DNA from: Leidyana gryllorum EB-2025a
Lineage: Eukaryota; Protista; Apicomplexa
NCBI GenBank assembly: GCA_048772705.1
Contig: JBLWGC010000217.1
Coordinates: forward strand, 1-64,000
DNA length: 64,000 bases
Direction: 5' to 3'
Shown here piece by piece: positions 45,404 to 57,800 of this stretch (positions within the stretch are counted from its first letter, which is position 1; each line of letters begins with the position of its first letter). The position numbers and the translations under genes were made by a program. Under the pieces are notes generated by a model. It had not been told where the DNA came from and did not search any database. It saw only the letters and a program-made list of their open reading frames with translations.

Positions 45404-45959
45404 AAGAGTTTAATTGATCACACCTTTCGTCGGGAACCCCGTGCAAACTGTTAGTGATGTGGGTATAGCCCCTTCTAAATGTCGGTATTTGGCTCTGGAA
45501 TGACTGTTTGGCGGGGTGGAGGAAGGCCAATCGTGGTGCTTTTTGCGGAGCACATCAGTCGGCTAGTTGGTCCAGTGAGTGTTTACCTCAACTCTGCCTA
45601 TTTTCGGTCACTTGAAGGGTGAGCCTGATAAGTTCAAGTTCGCGGTCAAGCGCCGGCCCAACTGGGCGGGTGTGTTGTTGATGGAGCATCTCCCTGCACC
45701 CTTTTGAAAAGGAGGAGATGCATCGAGAGAAGTTTCACGAGGGAGTGTAGCGCAGTCGGTAGCGCCCAGGTCTCATAATCCTCAAGTCGACGGTTTAAAC
45801 CTCCCCACTCCCACGGTCGGCATCGGAAGCGCCGACTAACTCGTATGGGGCGCCACCTGAGAAGAATGGACTCCAGCTGTCTGCTAGTGTCTGAGATGTT
45901 TGAGTCCAGCTGAGGGGGAATCCAGCATCCGGGTCGGTGCCATCTGTCGTGGCAGAAGT

Positions 45960-46033
45960 GGTCGCGTAGCTCAGTCGGTTAGAGCGTGAGCCTAATAAGC
46001 TCAAGGTCCCCGGTTCGAGCCCGGGCGTGACCA
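45960..46033 (+). tRNA. tRNA-Ile-AAT: tRNA-Ile(AAT)
   Basis: Intact cloverleaf. Confidence 0.93.
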
Positions 46034-46682
46034 AGTGAGTGGATCTTCGATAAAGAGTCGCCCTGCACTCGAGCAACCCCCAACATTCTCCGACCAATAC
46101 GAAAGGTACATGTTATAAAGTCCTCACTTCCCTGCCGCGCCAGCTCCGTCGGTAGAGCGCAAGACTTTCAATGGAGAGACCGCGGGTTCGGGCAGCGCCA
46201 GCAGTCCGAGTCAAGCTTGCTGAACCGTATGTGAAGCCACTGGCCGCTAAATGCCGAGTTCGACAGGTGGCAACTTGCCCGAGTGTTCAAGGGGGTAGAC
46301 TAGAAATCTACTGGGTCTGGCCAACGAGGTGGCTGTGTTGGTTCTGGGGGCAACTTGTCCCGTCGGATCCACTGACGACCAATAGGGCTGTTCTGGGAAT
46401 CGAACCCAGGACTTCTTCCACCCGAAGGAAGAATCATACCACTAGACCAAACAGCCGCCTAGCCGGTGGTTCAACCAGCTGGGCAAAGTCGAGAGACTCG
46501 TCTCACTACGTGAAGTATCACTCAATGCCATGAGGTAGGCTAACCCAGATGATGAAACGGTGGCCTACTATACGAAAGGTACTGGGATCGATTCCCAGCC
46601 CATCCGAGTTACATCGATGGAATGTTCGCCGGAGTAGTCTACTTGGCCTATCAACGCTGTCTGTTGAAACCACATCGCTACT

Positions 46683-46762
46683 TCCGGTGGGACGGAATCG
46701 AACCGCCGACTATCTGATGCCAGCACTACAGTCAGATGCTCTACCAACTGAGCTACCCCCGG
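46683..46762 (-). tRNA. tRNA-Tyr-GTA: tRNA-Tyr(GTA) with 7-nt intron
   Basis: As 28749-28828. Confidence 0.88.
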
Positions 46763-47674
46763 CCGTCCAACTGCTCCGGGGTTCGAAAGGCTCAACCCCA
46801 GATCCTCGCCCTCTCGCACTGCGGTCTGAGCACAGCCCCTTAGACAAATCGGCCATCTTGCGGGATGTTGTTGGCTCGCCGCTCCACGCGTTTTCTGTGC
46901 TTGGAATCTCATAATGGAAGAACTTTTGGGGTTGGAGGCCGGCGTGTTCAGAGCATTTGAGATAGTATAGTGGTTAGTATTTCCGCCTGTCACTCGGAAG
47001 ACCCGGGTTCGATTCCCGGTCTCAGAGCAGTTCCAGCCCTCACAACTGGTGCAACTCAGATTTTGTCTCAGCTGGTCTGGACTTCATTCGGGATTGTACG
47101 AGTGGGAGCCGCGTATAGTTGCCGACCTTGGAGAGACGTGGCATTGAGTCAACAACTATCAGACGGGCTGTTCTGGGAACCGAACCCAGGACTTCTTCCA
47201 CCCGAAGGAAGAATCATACCACTAGACCAAACAGCCGCCTGTCGGTCGTGCAACGCGGTGAGCACAGTCGCGAGAGTGGTCATAATATTTGAGAACCAAC
47301 ACATGCGATGGGGTCTGCGCAACGGGCTACTAGCTCAAATGGTAGAGCGCTCGCTTAGCATGCGAGAGGTACTGGGATCGATGCCCAGGTCGTCCAAACT
47401 TCGTACGGCTGCACCTGCCGCTATTTATTTCCCGAGCTGAGATAATTGTGCCCTGTAACGATTGGACAGACCTGGGCATCGCAGTATGTGTGAAGGTTGC
47501 CTCAGAGCCCGGATTTCCGAGTTTGTATGTTACAATGACACACTCTGCCGACTAAGATACAAGAGTCAGTTACATTATTTCAAAGGTCAGTAGAGAGATG
47601 TGTGTTGCATGTGCCCAGTTGAGGAGGGCTAGTCCGGATGGCTCTATCAACTCTTTTTTGGGAAGGACTGAATC

Positions 47675-47746
47675 GGTTACTTGGTGTAGTGGTTAGCACT
47701 GGAGACTCTAAATCTCGCGACCTAGCTTCGATTCCCGGCGCGACCT
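47675..47746 (+). pseudogene. Degenerate tRNA-Gln with CTA (amber-reading) anticodon
   Basis: GGAGA-CT-CTA-AA-TCTCG; mismatches in acceptor, anticodon and T stems. Confidence 0.72.
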
Positions 47747-49235
47747 GGAAACTGGTCTCCACTTATTCCGTGAAACCTCGCCACTTCTCTTGGTCTGCGG
47801 GACCTTCGCTGCAGCCATGGTCTAGTGGTCACGACGTCTGCTTAACACGCAGAAGGTCCCGAGTTCGATCCTCGGTGGCTGTAACTCGCGTTTGTCAGGT
47901 GAGCACCACGAAATCTAAAGCGGAAGAACGAAGTGTCTCCGAGACCGGGAATCGAACCCGGGTCTTTCCACTAGACCACAAATGCAGAACACGATTTGGT
48001 GAATCTTGTACGTGGTGACAGCCATTCCTCATAAGCATATCGATGCATCAAAGCCTTCTGCCGGAATCGAACCGGCGACTTCTCGCTTACGAAGCGAACG
48101 CTCTGCCCCTAAGCTAAGAAGGCAACTTAGCTGGAGAATCATGTGGCAGTTGTATCGACAAAAGTTAGCCGGGTGCCACGTGCACGGCGGGCTGTCCCGC
48201 GCGCATCGTGGGGGCATGCTGGGATGAAGTCGCAGGTTGTCCTGACTACAACGCCTGACAAGAGTGGGATTCGAACCCACGCCCTTTCGGACTGCGGCCT
48301 GAACACAGCGCCTTGGACCACTCGGCCATCTTGCCGAAATGTTGTTGGCTCGCCGCCCCACGCGTTTTCTATCCGTGGAATCTCAAAATGGAAGAACTTC
48401 TGGGGTTGGAGGCCGGCGTATCCAGAGCGTCCGAGATAGTATAGCTATCACGCGGAAGATCAGGGTCGATTCCCGGTCTCGGAGCACAGTTCGTTTTTCC
48501 GCTTCAGATTTCGTGGTGCTCAGATAAAGTTGCGAGCTACAGCCACCGAGGATCGAACTCGGGACCTTCTGCGTGTGAAGCAGACGTCGTAACCACTAGA
48601 CCATGGCTGCACGGCAGCTTTCGGACTGTGAAAGGGGCGTGTGTCTCTGGAAACAGGTATCTGATGGGGGGCGAAAACCACGGAATGCTATGAGGTCTGC
48701 ACAGCGGGCGACTAGCTCAACGAGATATTATGCATCTGTGGTCTAGTGGTAGAATGTCTCGTTGCCATCGAGACGACCCGGGTTCGATTCCCGGCAGATG
48801 CAGAAGACACACTTGGTTTTCCCACCATTCCAGGGATTCACGCTTGAGTTGCTGTCTGACCGCACGACAACTGCTGGATCTGCACCAGCCCGGCCCAGGC
48901 CCTGTAGAGATCAAATCTTCTCCCCTTCCCCACTCGGGCAAGTTGGCAACTGTCGAACTTAGTAACAGATTCCATCCGTATTCGTCGTAGAATGCTGGGG
49001 CTTCTTCGGGTCGAGGGCAACTCTGTATCGCAGATCCACTGCCTTGGTCACGTCCGGGCTCGAACCGGGGACCTTGAGCTTATTAGGCTCACGCTCTAAC
49101 CGACTGAGCTACGCGACCGCCTCCGACGACAGATGGCACCGATTCACTTACTTGATGCCTCTGCGTCGCCACTGCAATCCTTAGCATGTACTGCTGGTGT
49201 TTTGAGCCCAGCCGCCTACTCCGATGATCGCAGCA

Positions 49236-50494
49236 CACGACAACTGCTGGACTTGAACCAGCGCGGGCCAGGCACAGTAGATTTCTAGTCTACCCCCTTA
49301 ACCACTCGGGCAAGTTGCCGCTGTCGAACTTGGCATTTTGCGGCCAGTGGCTTCACATACGATTCAGCCAGCTTTCCTAGGACTGCTCGCGCCGCCCGAA
49401 CCCGCGGTTCTCCCTTCAAAAGTCTTGCGCTCTACCGACGGAGTTGGGGCGGCGAGGATGCTCGCCCCGTACCCGAGGAAGGCACAGGATTCCACGATCA
49501 ATACAAATGGAATTGGTTACTAAGTCCGAATTTGTATCAGAGATCCACTCACTTGATCACGCCGATACCATCTTTTCCAAGACACGGCTCTCGGCCGCCG
49601 ACATACGTCAATAGTGACTGATTCTTGATCTTCGGCCTGGATTGCCTTCTTAGGGGCAGAGCATTCGCAGGTCGCCGGTTCGATTCCGGCAGACGGTACG
49701 GCTAGCCACGAAGCCGCAAGTTTGGAACCTGCCAGTACCTGAGGCACCCACAGAACAGCCCGTCTGATAGTTGTTGACGCAACAAGGCACTCGCCCCATC
49801 CCGAGACAATGTCCCTGACAGCTAAGACAGGATCTGAGTTGTTGACTCAACAGGCTACAACCCGACCATTCGCCCAGACGCTACTGGGACTCGAACCCAA
49901 AATCCCCGGTTCCGTAGACCGATGCCATATCCATTAGGCCATAGCGCCGACTAACGGAGCCGTCAAATGGAAGTGTGTAGCGATCCAGAGAGGACATGGG
50001 CAGCTACGCCCGATCGTGGGTTTGGACAGGCTTCACCTACATCTCCCATTCGAGACATCGGTGGACATACTATCCAAGCCAGGATTCGGGCCTGGGTATG
50101 CACGGCCACAACTTGCTGTTGTAAGCACCAGACGACCCGGACGATCTTCAAGTGAGGCTGGTATGTCGGCGTGATCAAGTGAGTGGATCTCTGATACAGA
50201 TTGGGACTTAGTAACCAATTCCATTTGTATTGATCGTGGAATCTTGGGCCTTCCTCGGGTACGGGGCGAGCTTCCTTGCCGCCCCAACTCCGTCAGTAGA
50301 CCGCAAGACTTTTGAAGGGAGATCCGCGGGTTTGGGCGGCGCGAGCAGTCCCAGTAAAGCTCGCGGAACCGTATGTGAAGCCACTGGCCGCAAAATGCCA
50401 AGTTCGACAGCGGCAACTTGCCCGAGTGGTTAAGGGGGTAGACTAGAAATCTACTGTGCCTGGCCCGCGCTGGTTCAAATCCAGCAGTTGTCGT
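49236..50494. repeat. Local inverted repeat (~330-bp arms 49236-49564 and 50167-50494)
   Basis: Ser-Lys* arms share the private variant GGCACAGTAG. Confidence 0.83.
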
Positions 50495-51435
50495 GCGATG
50501 TGATCGGAGGGTCAAACACCAACTCACGCATGAAACTCAACCATGTGCCATCTTCTCTGCATCTGCCGGGAATCGAACCTGGGTCGTCTCGGTGGCAACC
50601 ACACAGTCTACCACTAAACCACAGATGCGTGACATCTCCATTCCTGAATACAAAGCGAAGGGTCTTGACTAGTCCAGGCCGTCCAACTTAGGCCGATACA
50701 TAAAAACCAGGCTCATCGGATACGTGGTTCCAGAGACACACGCCCCTTTCGCAGTCGGGAAGCTCCGTGCAGCCATCTAGTGGTCACGACGTCTGTTTAA
50801 CACCCAAAAGGTCCCGAGTTCCATCCTCGGTGGCTGTAACACGCATCGTTCAGGTGAGCAAGAGCGGAAGACGATCTATCTCCGAGGCCGGGAATCGAAC
50901 CCGGGTCTTCCGCGTGACAGGCGCAAATACTAACCGCTATACTATCTCGAGAATCAAAGGAAAGAATCCTAAGCGAAATCAACTGTGCCCCGAGACCGGG
51001 GAACGAACCCTGGTCTTCCGCGTGACAGGCGGACATACACGCCGGCCTCCAATCCCAGAAGTCTTTCTATTTTGACTCACGATCAGAAAACGTGTAAAGC
51101 GGCGAGCCAAGAGCACTCCGGCAAGATGGCCGAGTGGTCTAAGGCGCTGTGTTAAGGCCGCAGTCCAAAGGGCGAGGATCTGGGGTTGAGCCTTTCGAAC
51201 CCCGGGGCAGTTGGACGGCCGGGGGTAGCTCAGTTGGTAGAGCATCTGACTGTTGTGCTGGCATGTAGAGGGGTCATCGGCAAACTACTACTCAACCTGA
51301 TGGACAGCGTTGATAGGCCAACTAGACTACTCCCGCGAGGGTTCCATCTATGTAGTTCGGATGGGCTGGGAATCGATCCCAGAACCTTTCGTATACTAAG
51401 CCACCGTTTCATCATCTGAGCTAGCCTCCTTCTAT

Positions 51436-51538
51436 GACTACCTCATGGCATTGAGTGGTACTTCACATAGTGATACGAGTCTCTCGACTACCTCATGGCA
51501 TTGAGTGATACTTCACCTAGTGATACGAGTCTCTCGAC
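51436..51538 (+). repeat. ~50-bp tandem duplication
   Basis: GACTACCTCATGGCATTGAGTG...GATACGAGTCTCTC occurs twice. Confidence 0.8.
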
Positions 51539-52235
51539 TGTACCCAGCGGGTTGAACCACCGACCAGTCGGCTGTTTGGTCTAGTGGTATGATCCTTCCT
51601 CAGGGTGGAGGCAGTCCTGGTTCGATTCCCAGAACAGCCCTCTTGGTCGTGGGTTGACCCGACGGGACAAGTTGCCCTCAGAAACAACACAACCACCTCG
51701 TTAGCCCACTTGGGTAGGGCAGTCAGGGTAACTACCATCTCAAGAATCGCATTTCGGCTACCTCTTCCATGTTGCAGACTGAGCATTGTAGCTCAGTGGA
51801 AGAGTGTTGGGCTCATAACCCAAAGGTCCGTCGATCGAAACGACGCACTGCTAAGTGTGCGCAGAAGCGAAACAGTTATAGAATAGATTTTCTCGTGAGC
51901 AAAGCCTTCTGCCGGAATCGAACCGGCGACCTTTCGCTTACTAAGCGAATGCTCTGCCCCTAAGCTAAGAAGGCAATATCAGCTGGTAATCACGCATCAG
52001 TCACTATTGACGGAAGTTACTGGAGCACATTGTTCCACCAGTCAATCCTTCCACTGCTCCACCCAAGGGCAAATAGGGTGTAACTAAGTTTAGAGCTTCC
52101 TTGCCGCCCTAGCTCAGTCGGTAGAGCGCAAGACTTTTAATCTTGCAGTCGCGGATTCGAGCCCCGCGGACGGTGCAAATCAATGTCTCTGGGAGTAGGA
52201 ATGGAACCGTTGCCTACAAGCACACTCAGCTGGAT

Positions 52236-52308
52236 TTCCACTGCCGGGACTTGAACCCGGATCGTGCGGGTGAGAGCCGCATATCCTAGCCACTTAGACT
52301 ACAGTGGA
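52236..52308 (-). tRNA. tRNA-Glu-CTC: tRNA-Glu(CTC)
   Basis: Intact cloverleaf. Confidence 0.93.
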
Positions 52309-52557
52309 CAACTCCCTCAGCTGCAGCTTTAGCCGAGAGCCGTACCCTCGTGACAAGACGTGGTCTACAACAAAGGGGTTGCAGAATCCTGCGGTAGAAA
52401 GCGGAGGGTCTCTTTACTGACCTCTGAAACATTGTCGCTGGGTCTTGTAGCTCGGTCGGCAGAGCGTGTGGCTGTTAACCACAAACCCGCCGGTTCGAAA
52501 CCTGCCAGGACCGGTTTTAGAGGCACCCTAGACACTGACTGCGCTGCTCTCCCAATG

Positions 52558-52617
52558 GCACTTGTGGTCTGCGACCCTTCAAAGATGTAAGGTTGGGTTT
52601 GGCTCCCGCCACGTACA
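52558..52617 (+). pseudogene. Relic tRNA-Gly(TCC) forming the Asn-Ala spacer
   Basis: GCACTTGTGGTCT..GCGACCCTTC aligns to 15930-16000 with a D-loop deletion. Confidence 0.75.
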
Positions 52618-52787
52618 GCCGTAGCGTACTTTGGACGACCTGGGCATCGATCCCAGTACCTCTCGCATGCTAAGCGAGCGCTCTACCATTTGAGCTAGTC
52701 GCCCATTGAGCAAACCCCAGTACATCCAGTTCTTTTTTACATGGTATGACCAGTCTCTCCACTTTGCACAAACGAAGCCACGCAGGA

Positions 52788-52860
52788 AACGGCTGGAGGG
52801 ACCCGAATACTCAACCTTCGCCTTAGGAGGGCAACGCGCTATGCATTGCGGCACAACCGC
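52788..52860 (-). pseudogene. Degenerate tRNA-Arg(CCT)
   Basis: TTGCC-CT-CCT-AA-GGCGA, damaged D and T arms; copy at ~62915-62985. Confidence 0.72.
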
Positions 52861-52941
52861 ATTCGCAACCCATCCACCGAGCTGCCCCAAGGTGTCTCCT
52901 CTTACACCTAACTAGTATCGAGATGACCGAAGCTTGTCTAT

Positions 52942-53014
52942 GGTGCGGTGGCCTAATGGATAGGGCATCGGTCTTCGGAACCGGGAGTTGTGGGTTCGAG
53001 TCCCATCCGCATCA
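52942..53014 (+). tRNA. tRNA-Arg-TCG: tRNA-Arg(TCG)
   Basis: Intact cloverleaf. Confidence 0.92.
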
Positions 53015-54350
53015 TAGCCTCTCACGCGAAAGACGTTCCGCAAGCTTGCTAGCTGTATGGGGAGCCACTGCCGCGCATGTCGAGTTGGAGTGCTCGTGAT
53101 ATGATTTTCCTTCCCTTGGAGAGTGCCTCTGAAACCGGTCCTGGCAGGTTTCGAACCTGCGACTTTGTGGTTAACAGCCACACGCTCTCCTGAGCTACTT
53201 AGACCCAGCTACAATGTTTCAGAGTGGCACGCTCTGCCGACTGAGCTACAAGACCCAGCTACAATGTTTCAGAGGTTAGTATAGAGATCCTCCCTTATTC
53301 TAGCGCAGGATTCTGCAATCACGTCTTGTCAAGAGGGTACGGCTCTCGGCTAAAGCTGCAGCTGAGGGAGTTGTCCACTGTAGTCTAAGTGGCTAGGATA
53401 TGTGGCTTTCACCCGCACGATCCGGGTTCAAGTCCCGGCAGTGGAAATCCAGCTGAGTGTGCTTGCAGGCAACAGGCCAGTACCTGAGGCACCCACAGGG
53501 GGCCAGACCAGCTGAGACAAAATCTGAGTTGCAGCAGTTGTGAGGGGCTGGAACTGCTCTGAGACCGGGAATCGAACCCGGGTCTTCCGAGTGACAGGCG
53601 GAAATACTAACCACTATACTATCTCAAATGCTCTGAATACGCCGGCCTCCAACCCCAAAAGTTCTTCCATTATGAGATTCCAAGCACAGAAAACGCGTGG
53701 AGCGATGAACCAACAACACTGTGGCAAGATGGCCGAGATGTCTGAGGCGCTGTGCTCAGACCGCAGTCCGAAAGGGCGAGGATCTCGGGTTGAGCCTTTC
53801 GGACCCCCGGAGCAGTTGGACGGCCGGGGGTTGCTCAGTTGGTAGAGCATCTGACTGTAGTGCTGGCATCAGATAGTCGGCGGTTCGATTCCGTCCCACC
53901 GGAAGTAGAGTGGTGATTGGCAAAGTACTAGACAGCGTTGATAGGCCAACCAGACTACTCTGGCGAGGGTTCCATCTATGTAGTTCGGATGGGCTGAGAA
54001 TCGATCCCGGAACCTTTCGTATACCAAGCACCGTTTCATCATCTGGGCTAGCCTCCCGCTGTGCAGACCGCATCGCATTTCTTGATTCTCGACATAGTAT
54101 GACCACTCTCTCGACTGCACCCAACGGATTGCACCACCGACAGGCGGCTGTTTGGTCTAGTGGTATGATTCTTCCTTTGGGTGGAAGAAGTCCTGGGTTC
54201 GATTCCCAGAACAGCCCTCTTGGTTGTCGGTTGACCCGATGGGATAAGCAGTTTTAGAAGTAACACAGCCACCTCGTTACCACTTCGGCACTCAAGGCAA
54301 TTAACATCTCAAAAATCGCATTTCGGCTCCCTCTTCCATGGTGCAGACTG

Positions 54351-54422
54351 AGCAGTGTAGCTCAGTGGAAGAGTGTTGGGCTCATAACCCAAAGGTCCGT
54401 CGATCGAAACGACGCACTGCTA
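54351..54422 (+). tRNA. tRNA-iMet-CAT: Initiator tRNA-Met(CAT)
   Basis: A1:T72, GATCGAAA T-loop. Confidence 0.94.
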
Positions 54423-54774
54423 AGTGTGCGCAGGAGGGAAACAGTTACAGAATTGACTGGGTCCCTTCTGCCGGAATCGAGCCGGCGCTTACGAAGCGAA
54501 CGCTCTGCCCCTAAGCTTAGAAGGCAATGTAAGTCGGAGATAACGAAGCGATGGCTACTGACGGAGATTAGTGGAGCACTTTGCTCGAGTACTTCAATGA
54601 CTTCCACTGCCGGGACTTGAACCCGGATCGTGCGGGTGAGAGCCGCATATCCTAGCCACTTAGACTACAGTGGACAACTCCCTCAGCCGCAGCTTTAGCC
54701 GAGAGCCGTAACCTGCCTGGCAAGACATGGTTAATCTGCGGTTCGGGTGATTCTAACTAACGGAGAAATTGAAG

Positions 54775-54847
54775 GGGAGTGTAGCGCAGTCGGTAGCGCG
54801 TAGGTCTCATAATCCTGAAGTCGAGAGTTCGATACTCTCCAGGACCG
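54775..54847 (+). pseudogene. Chimeric Met/Asn tRNA
   Basis: Elongator Met up to ...CTCTCCA, then Asn 3' end GGACCG and the Asn downstream spacer. Confidence 0.72.
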
Positions 54848-57800
54848 GTTTCAGAGGCACACTAAACACTGACTGCGCTGCTCTCCCAATGGCACTTGTG
54901 GTCTGCGACTCTTCAAAGATGTAAGTTTGTTTGGATCCTGCGACGTGCAGCCGTATGTACTTTGGACGACCTGGGTATCGATCCCAGTACCTCTCGCATG
55001 CGAAGCGAGCGCACTACCATCTGAGCTAGCCGCCCATGCGCTCTACATGGAAGACCTATTGCATCTAGTGGCCTGCGAGGGTCGGAATCGAAACCGCCGA
55101 CAAACTCATCATGCTATCGTTTTGCATCTGTCTGAATCGCACACGGGTTATCTTGATGGCAGCGAGAGACTCTTCCACTAGACCACAGATGCAGAACACG
55201 ATCTTGTGAATCTTGTGCGTGGTGACAGCCATTCCTCTTAACTAATGATAGACCTAATGATGAACACGCATCAAAGCCTTCTGCCGGAATCGAACCGGCG
55301 ACTTCTCGGTGACGAAGCGAACGCTCTGCCCCTAAGCTAAGAAGGCAATGTAAGCCGGGTATAACGAAAAATCGCTATAGACGTAGATTAGTGGAGCACT
55401 TTGCTAGAGTAGTTCACTGACTTCCGCTGCCGGAGTTTGAACCCGGATCGTGGGGGTGAAAGCCGCATATCCTAGCCACTTAGACTACAGTGGACGAGTG
55501 GTTGAGTTGGGGCTTCGGCCGAGAGCCGTACCGTCTTGGAAACGCTCCACCTCAGATCAAGAGGGTACGGCTCTCGGCTAAAGCTGCAGCTGAGGGAGTT
55601 GTCCACTGTAGTCTAAGTGGCTAGGATATGCGGCTTTCACCCGCACGATCCGGGTTCAAGTCCCGGCAGTGGAAGTCATTGGACCATTCGAGCAAAGTGC
55701 TCCGGTAACCTCCGTCAATAGTGACTGATTCGTGATCTTTGGCTTGCATTGCCTTCTTAGCTTAGGGGCAGAGCATTCGCTTAGTAAGCGAAAGGTCGCC
55801 GGTTCGATTCCGGCAGAAGGCTCGACTGCATCGAATGGGCACCTGCAAGCTTATCGCAACTCCAATCATCGTAGCTGAGCCTCGTAGTTCAGCCATCAGA
55901 GTGTAAGTCTCTTAGCCACGAAGTCGCAGGTTTGGAACCTGCCAGTACCTGACGCACCCACAGCGCTCTGTTTGGTCCAGTTATATATTCTTCCTTCGGG
56001 TGGAAGAAGTCCTGGGTTCGATTCCCAGAACAGCCAGTCTGGTTTTTGTAGGCTCAACACGCCAAGACAACATTTGAGTCGTAAGTGCATGGAATTTTCG
56101 CCAGATTAACTCCAGTTGGCCCATCAACCCTCTTTGCCAAAACCCATCAGGTTGAGTAGTAGTTTGCAAACCACCTCTCTACTTCCGGTGAGACGGAATC
56201 TAACCGCCGACTATCTGATGCCAGTACTACGGTCAGATGCTCTACCAACTGAGCTACCCCCGGCCGTCCAACTGCTGCGGGGTTCGACAGGCTCCACCTC
56301 AGATCCTCAACGGCGGCACTCTCAATCTCAGAAGTACCGCACGGATTCCAAGGTGCCAGACTCGAGTTCCGGTGAGATTGGACGACCCACTCGAGCGACC
56401 TGGGAGAGCTGTGGCATCCAGTGGCTGACCGACTGCCCATACAACGGCTGACAAGAGTAGATTCGAACTTACGCCCTTTCGGACTGCGGCCTTAGCACAG
56501 CGCCTTGGACCACTCGACCATCTCGCCGGAGTGTTTTTGCCTTGCCCTCTGAACATTTTTCATCCGTGGGATCTCGAGAATGGAAAGACTGTCGTGTTGA
56601 AGGCCGGAATTGGAGGCCGGCGCGTTGAGGAGCGTCCGAGATGGTAAAGTGGTTAGTAAGGGTTCGACGCCCTGTCTCGCTTTGGGTGGCGCTCACTTCA
56701 CATATTCGAGCTACAGCCACCGAGGATCGAACTCGGGACCTTCTGCGTGTTAAGCAGACGTCGTGACCACTAGACCATGGCTGCACGGAAGGTCCCGCAG
56801 ATCAAGAGGAGTGGTGAGGTTTCACAAAGCAGTGAGAATTAGTTGTGAGGTCGCGCCGGGAATCGAACCCAGATCGGGAGATTCAGAGTCCCCAGTGCTA
56901 ACCACTACACCACGCAACCCATTCACTCCTTCACAAAAAGAGTTGGTAGAGCCTCCGGACTAGCCCTCAACCGGACACATGCAACACGCGCATCTCTACT
57001 AACCTCTGAGATATTGGAACTGGCTCTTGTACTTTAGTCGGCAGAACGTGTGGTTGTAAAATACAAACTCGGAGATCCGGTCTCTGAGGCAACCTTCACA
57101 CATACTGCGGTGCCCAAGTCTATCCAAGGGCTACAGGCACCATTAAAGCTCTCAACTCTGTAGTCAAATAGCGCCAGTTGCAGCACTACAAAGTTTGGAC
57201 GACCTGGACATTGATTCCAGTACCTCTCGCACGCTAAGCGAGCGCTTCACCATTTGAGCTAGTCCCCCGCTGTGCAGACCCCGTCGCATTTTGTTGATTC
57301 TCAACATAGTATGACCACTCTCGCGACTGTGCTCACCGGGTTGCACGACCGACAGGCGGCTGTTTGGTCTAGTGGTATGATCCTTCCTTAGGGTGGAAGG
57401 AGTCCTGGGTTCAATTCCCAGAACAGCCCTCTTGGTTGTCGGTTGACCCGATGGGATAAGCAGTTTTAGAAGTAACACAGCCACCTCGTTGCCACTTCGG
57501 CACTCAAGGCAATTAACATCTCAAGAATCGCATTCCGGCTCCTTCTTCCATCTTGCAGACTAAGCAGTGTAGCTCAGTGGAAGAGTGTTGGGCTCATAAC
57601 CCAAAGGTCCGTCGATGGAAACGACGCACTGCTAAGTGTGCGCAGGAGGGAAACAGCTATAGGATTGATTGGGTCGTGACCAAAGCCTTCTGCCGGAATC
57701 GAACCGGCGACCTTTCGCTTACTAAGCGAATGCTCTACCCCTAAGCTAAGAAGGCAATGCAAGCCAAAGATCACGAGTCAGTCACTATTGACGGAGGTTA

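Larger units (their letters stand above)
52415..53588 (+). repeat. ~1.2-kb block, direct repeat of ~62537-64000
   Basis: Near-identical; this copy lacks ~355 bp (Lys-Thr-Asn*) present at ~63535-63890. Confidence 0.88.

Noticed and set aside
45686-45721. Hairpin GCATCTCC...CCTTTTGAAAAGG...GGAGATGC upstream of a Met copy
   Set aside because: Pairing is weaker in the paralog at ~30182-30216 and nothing supports a function.
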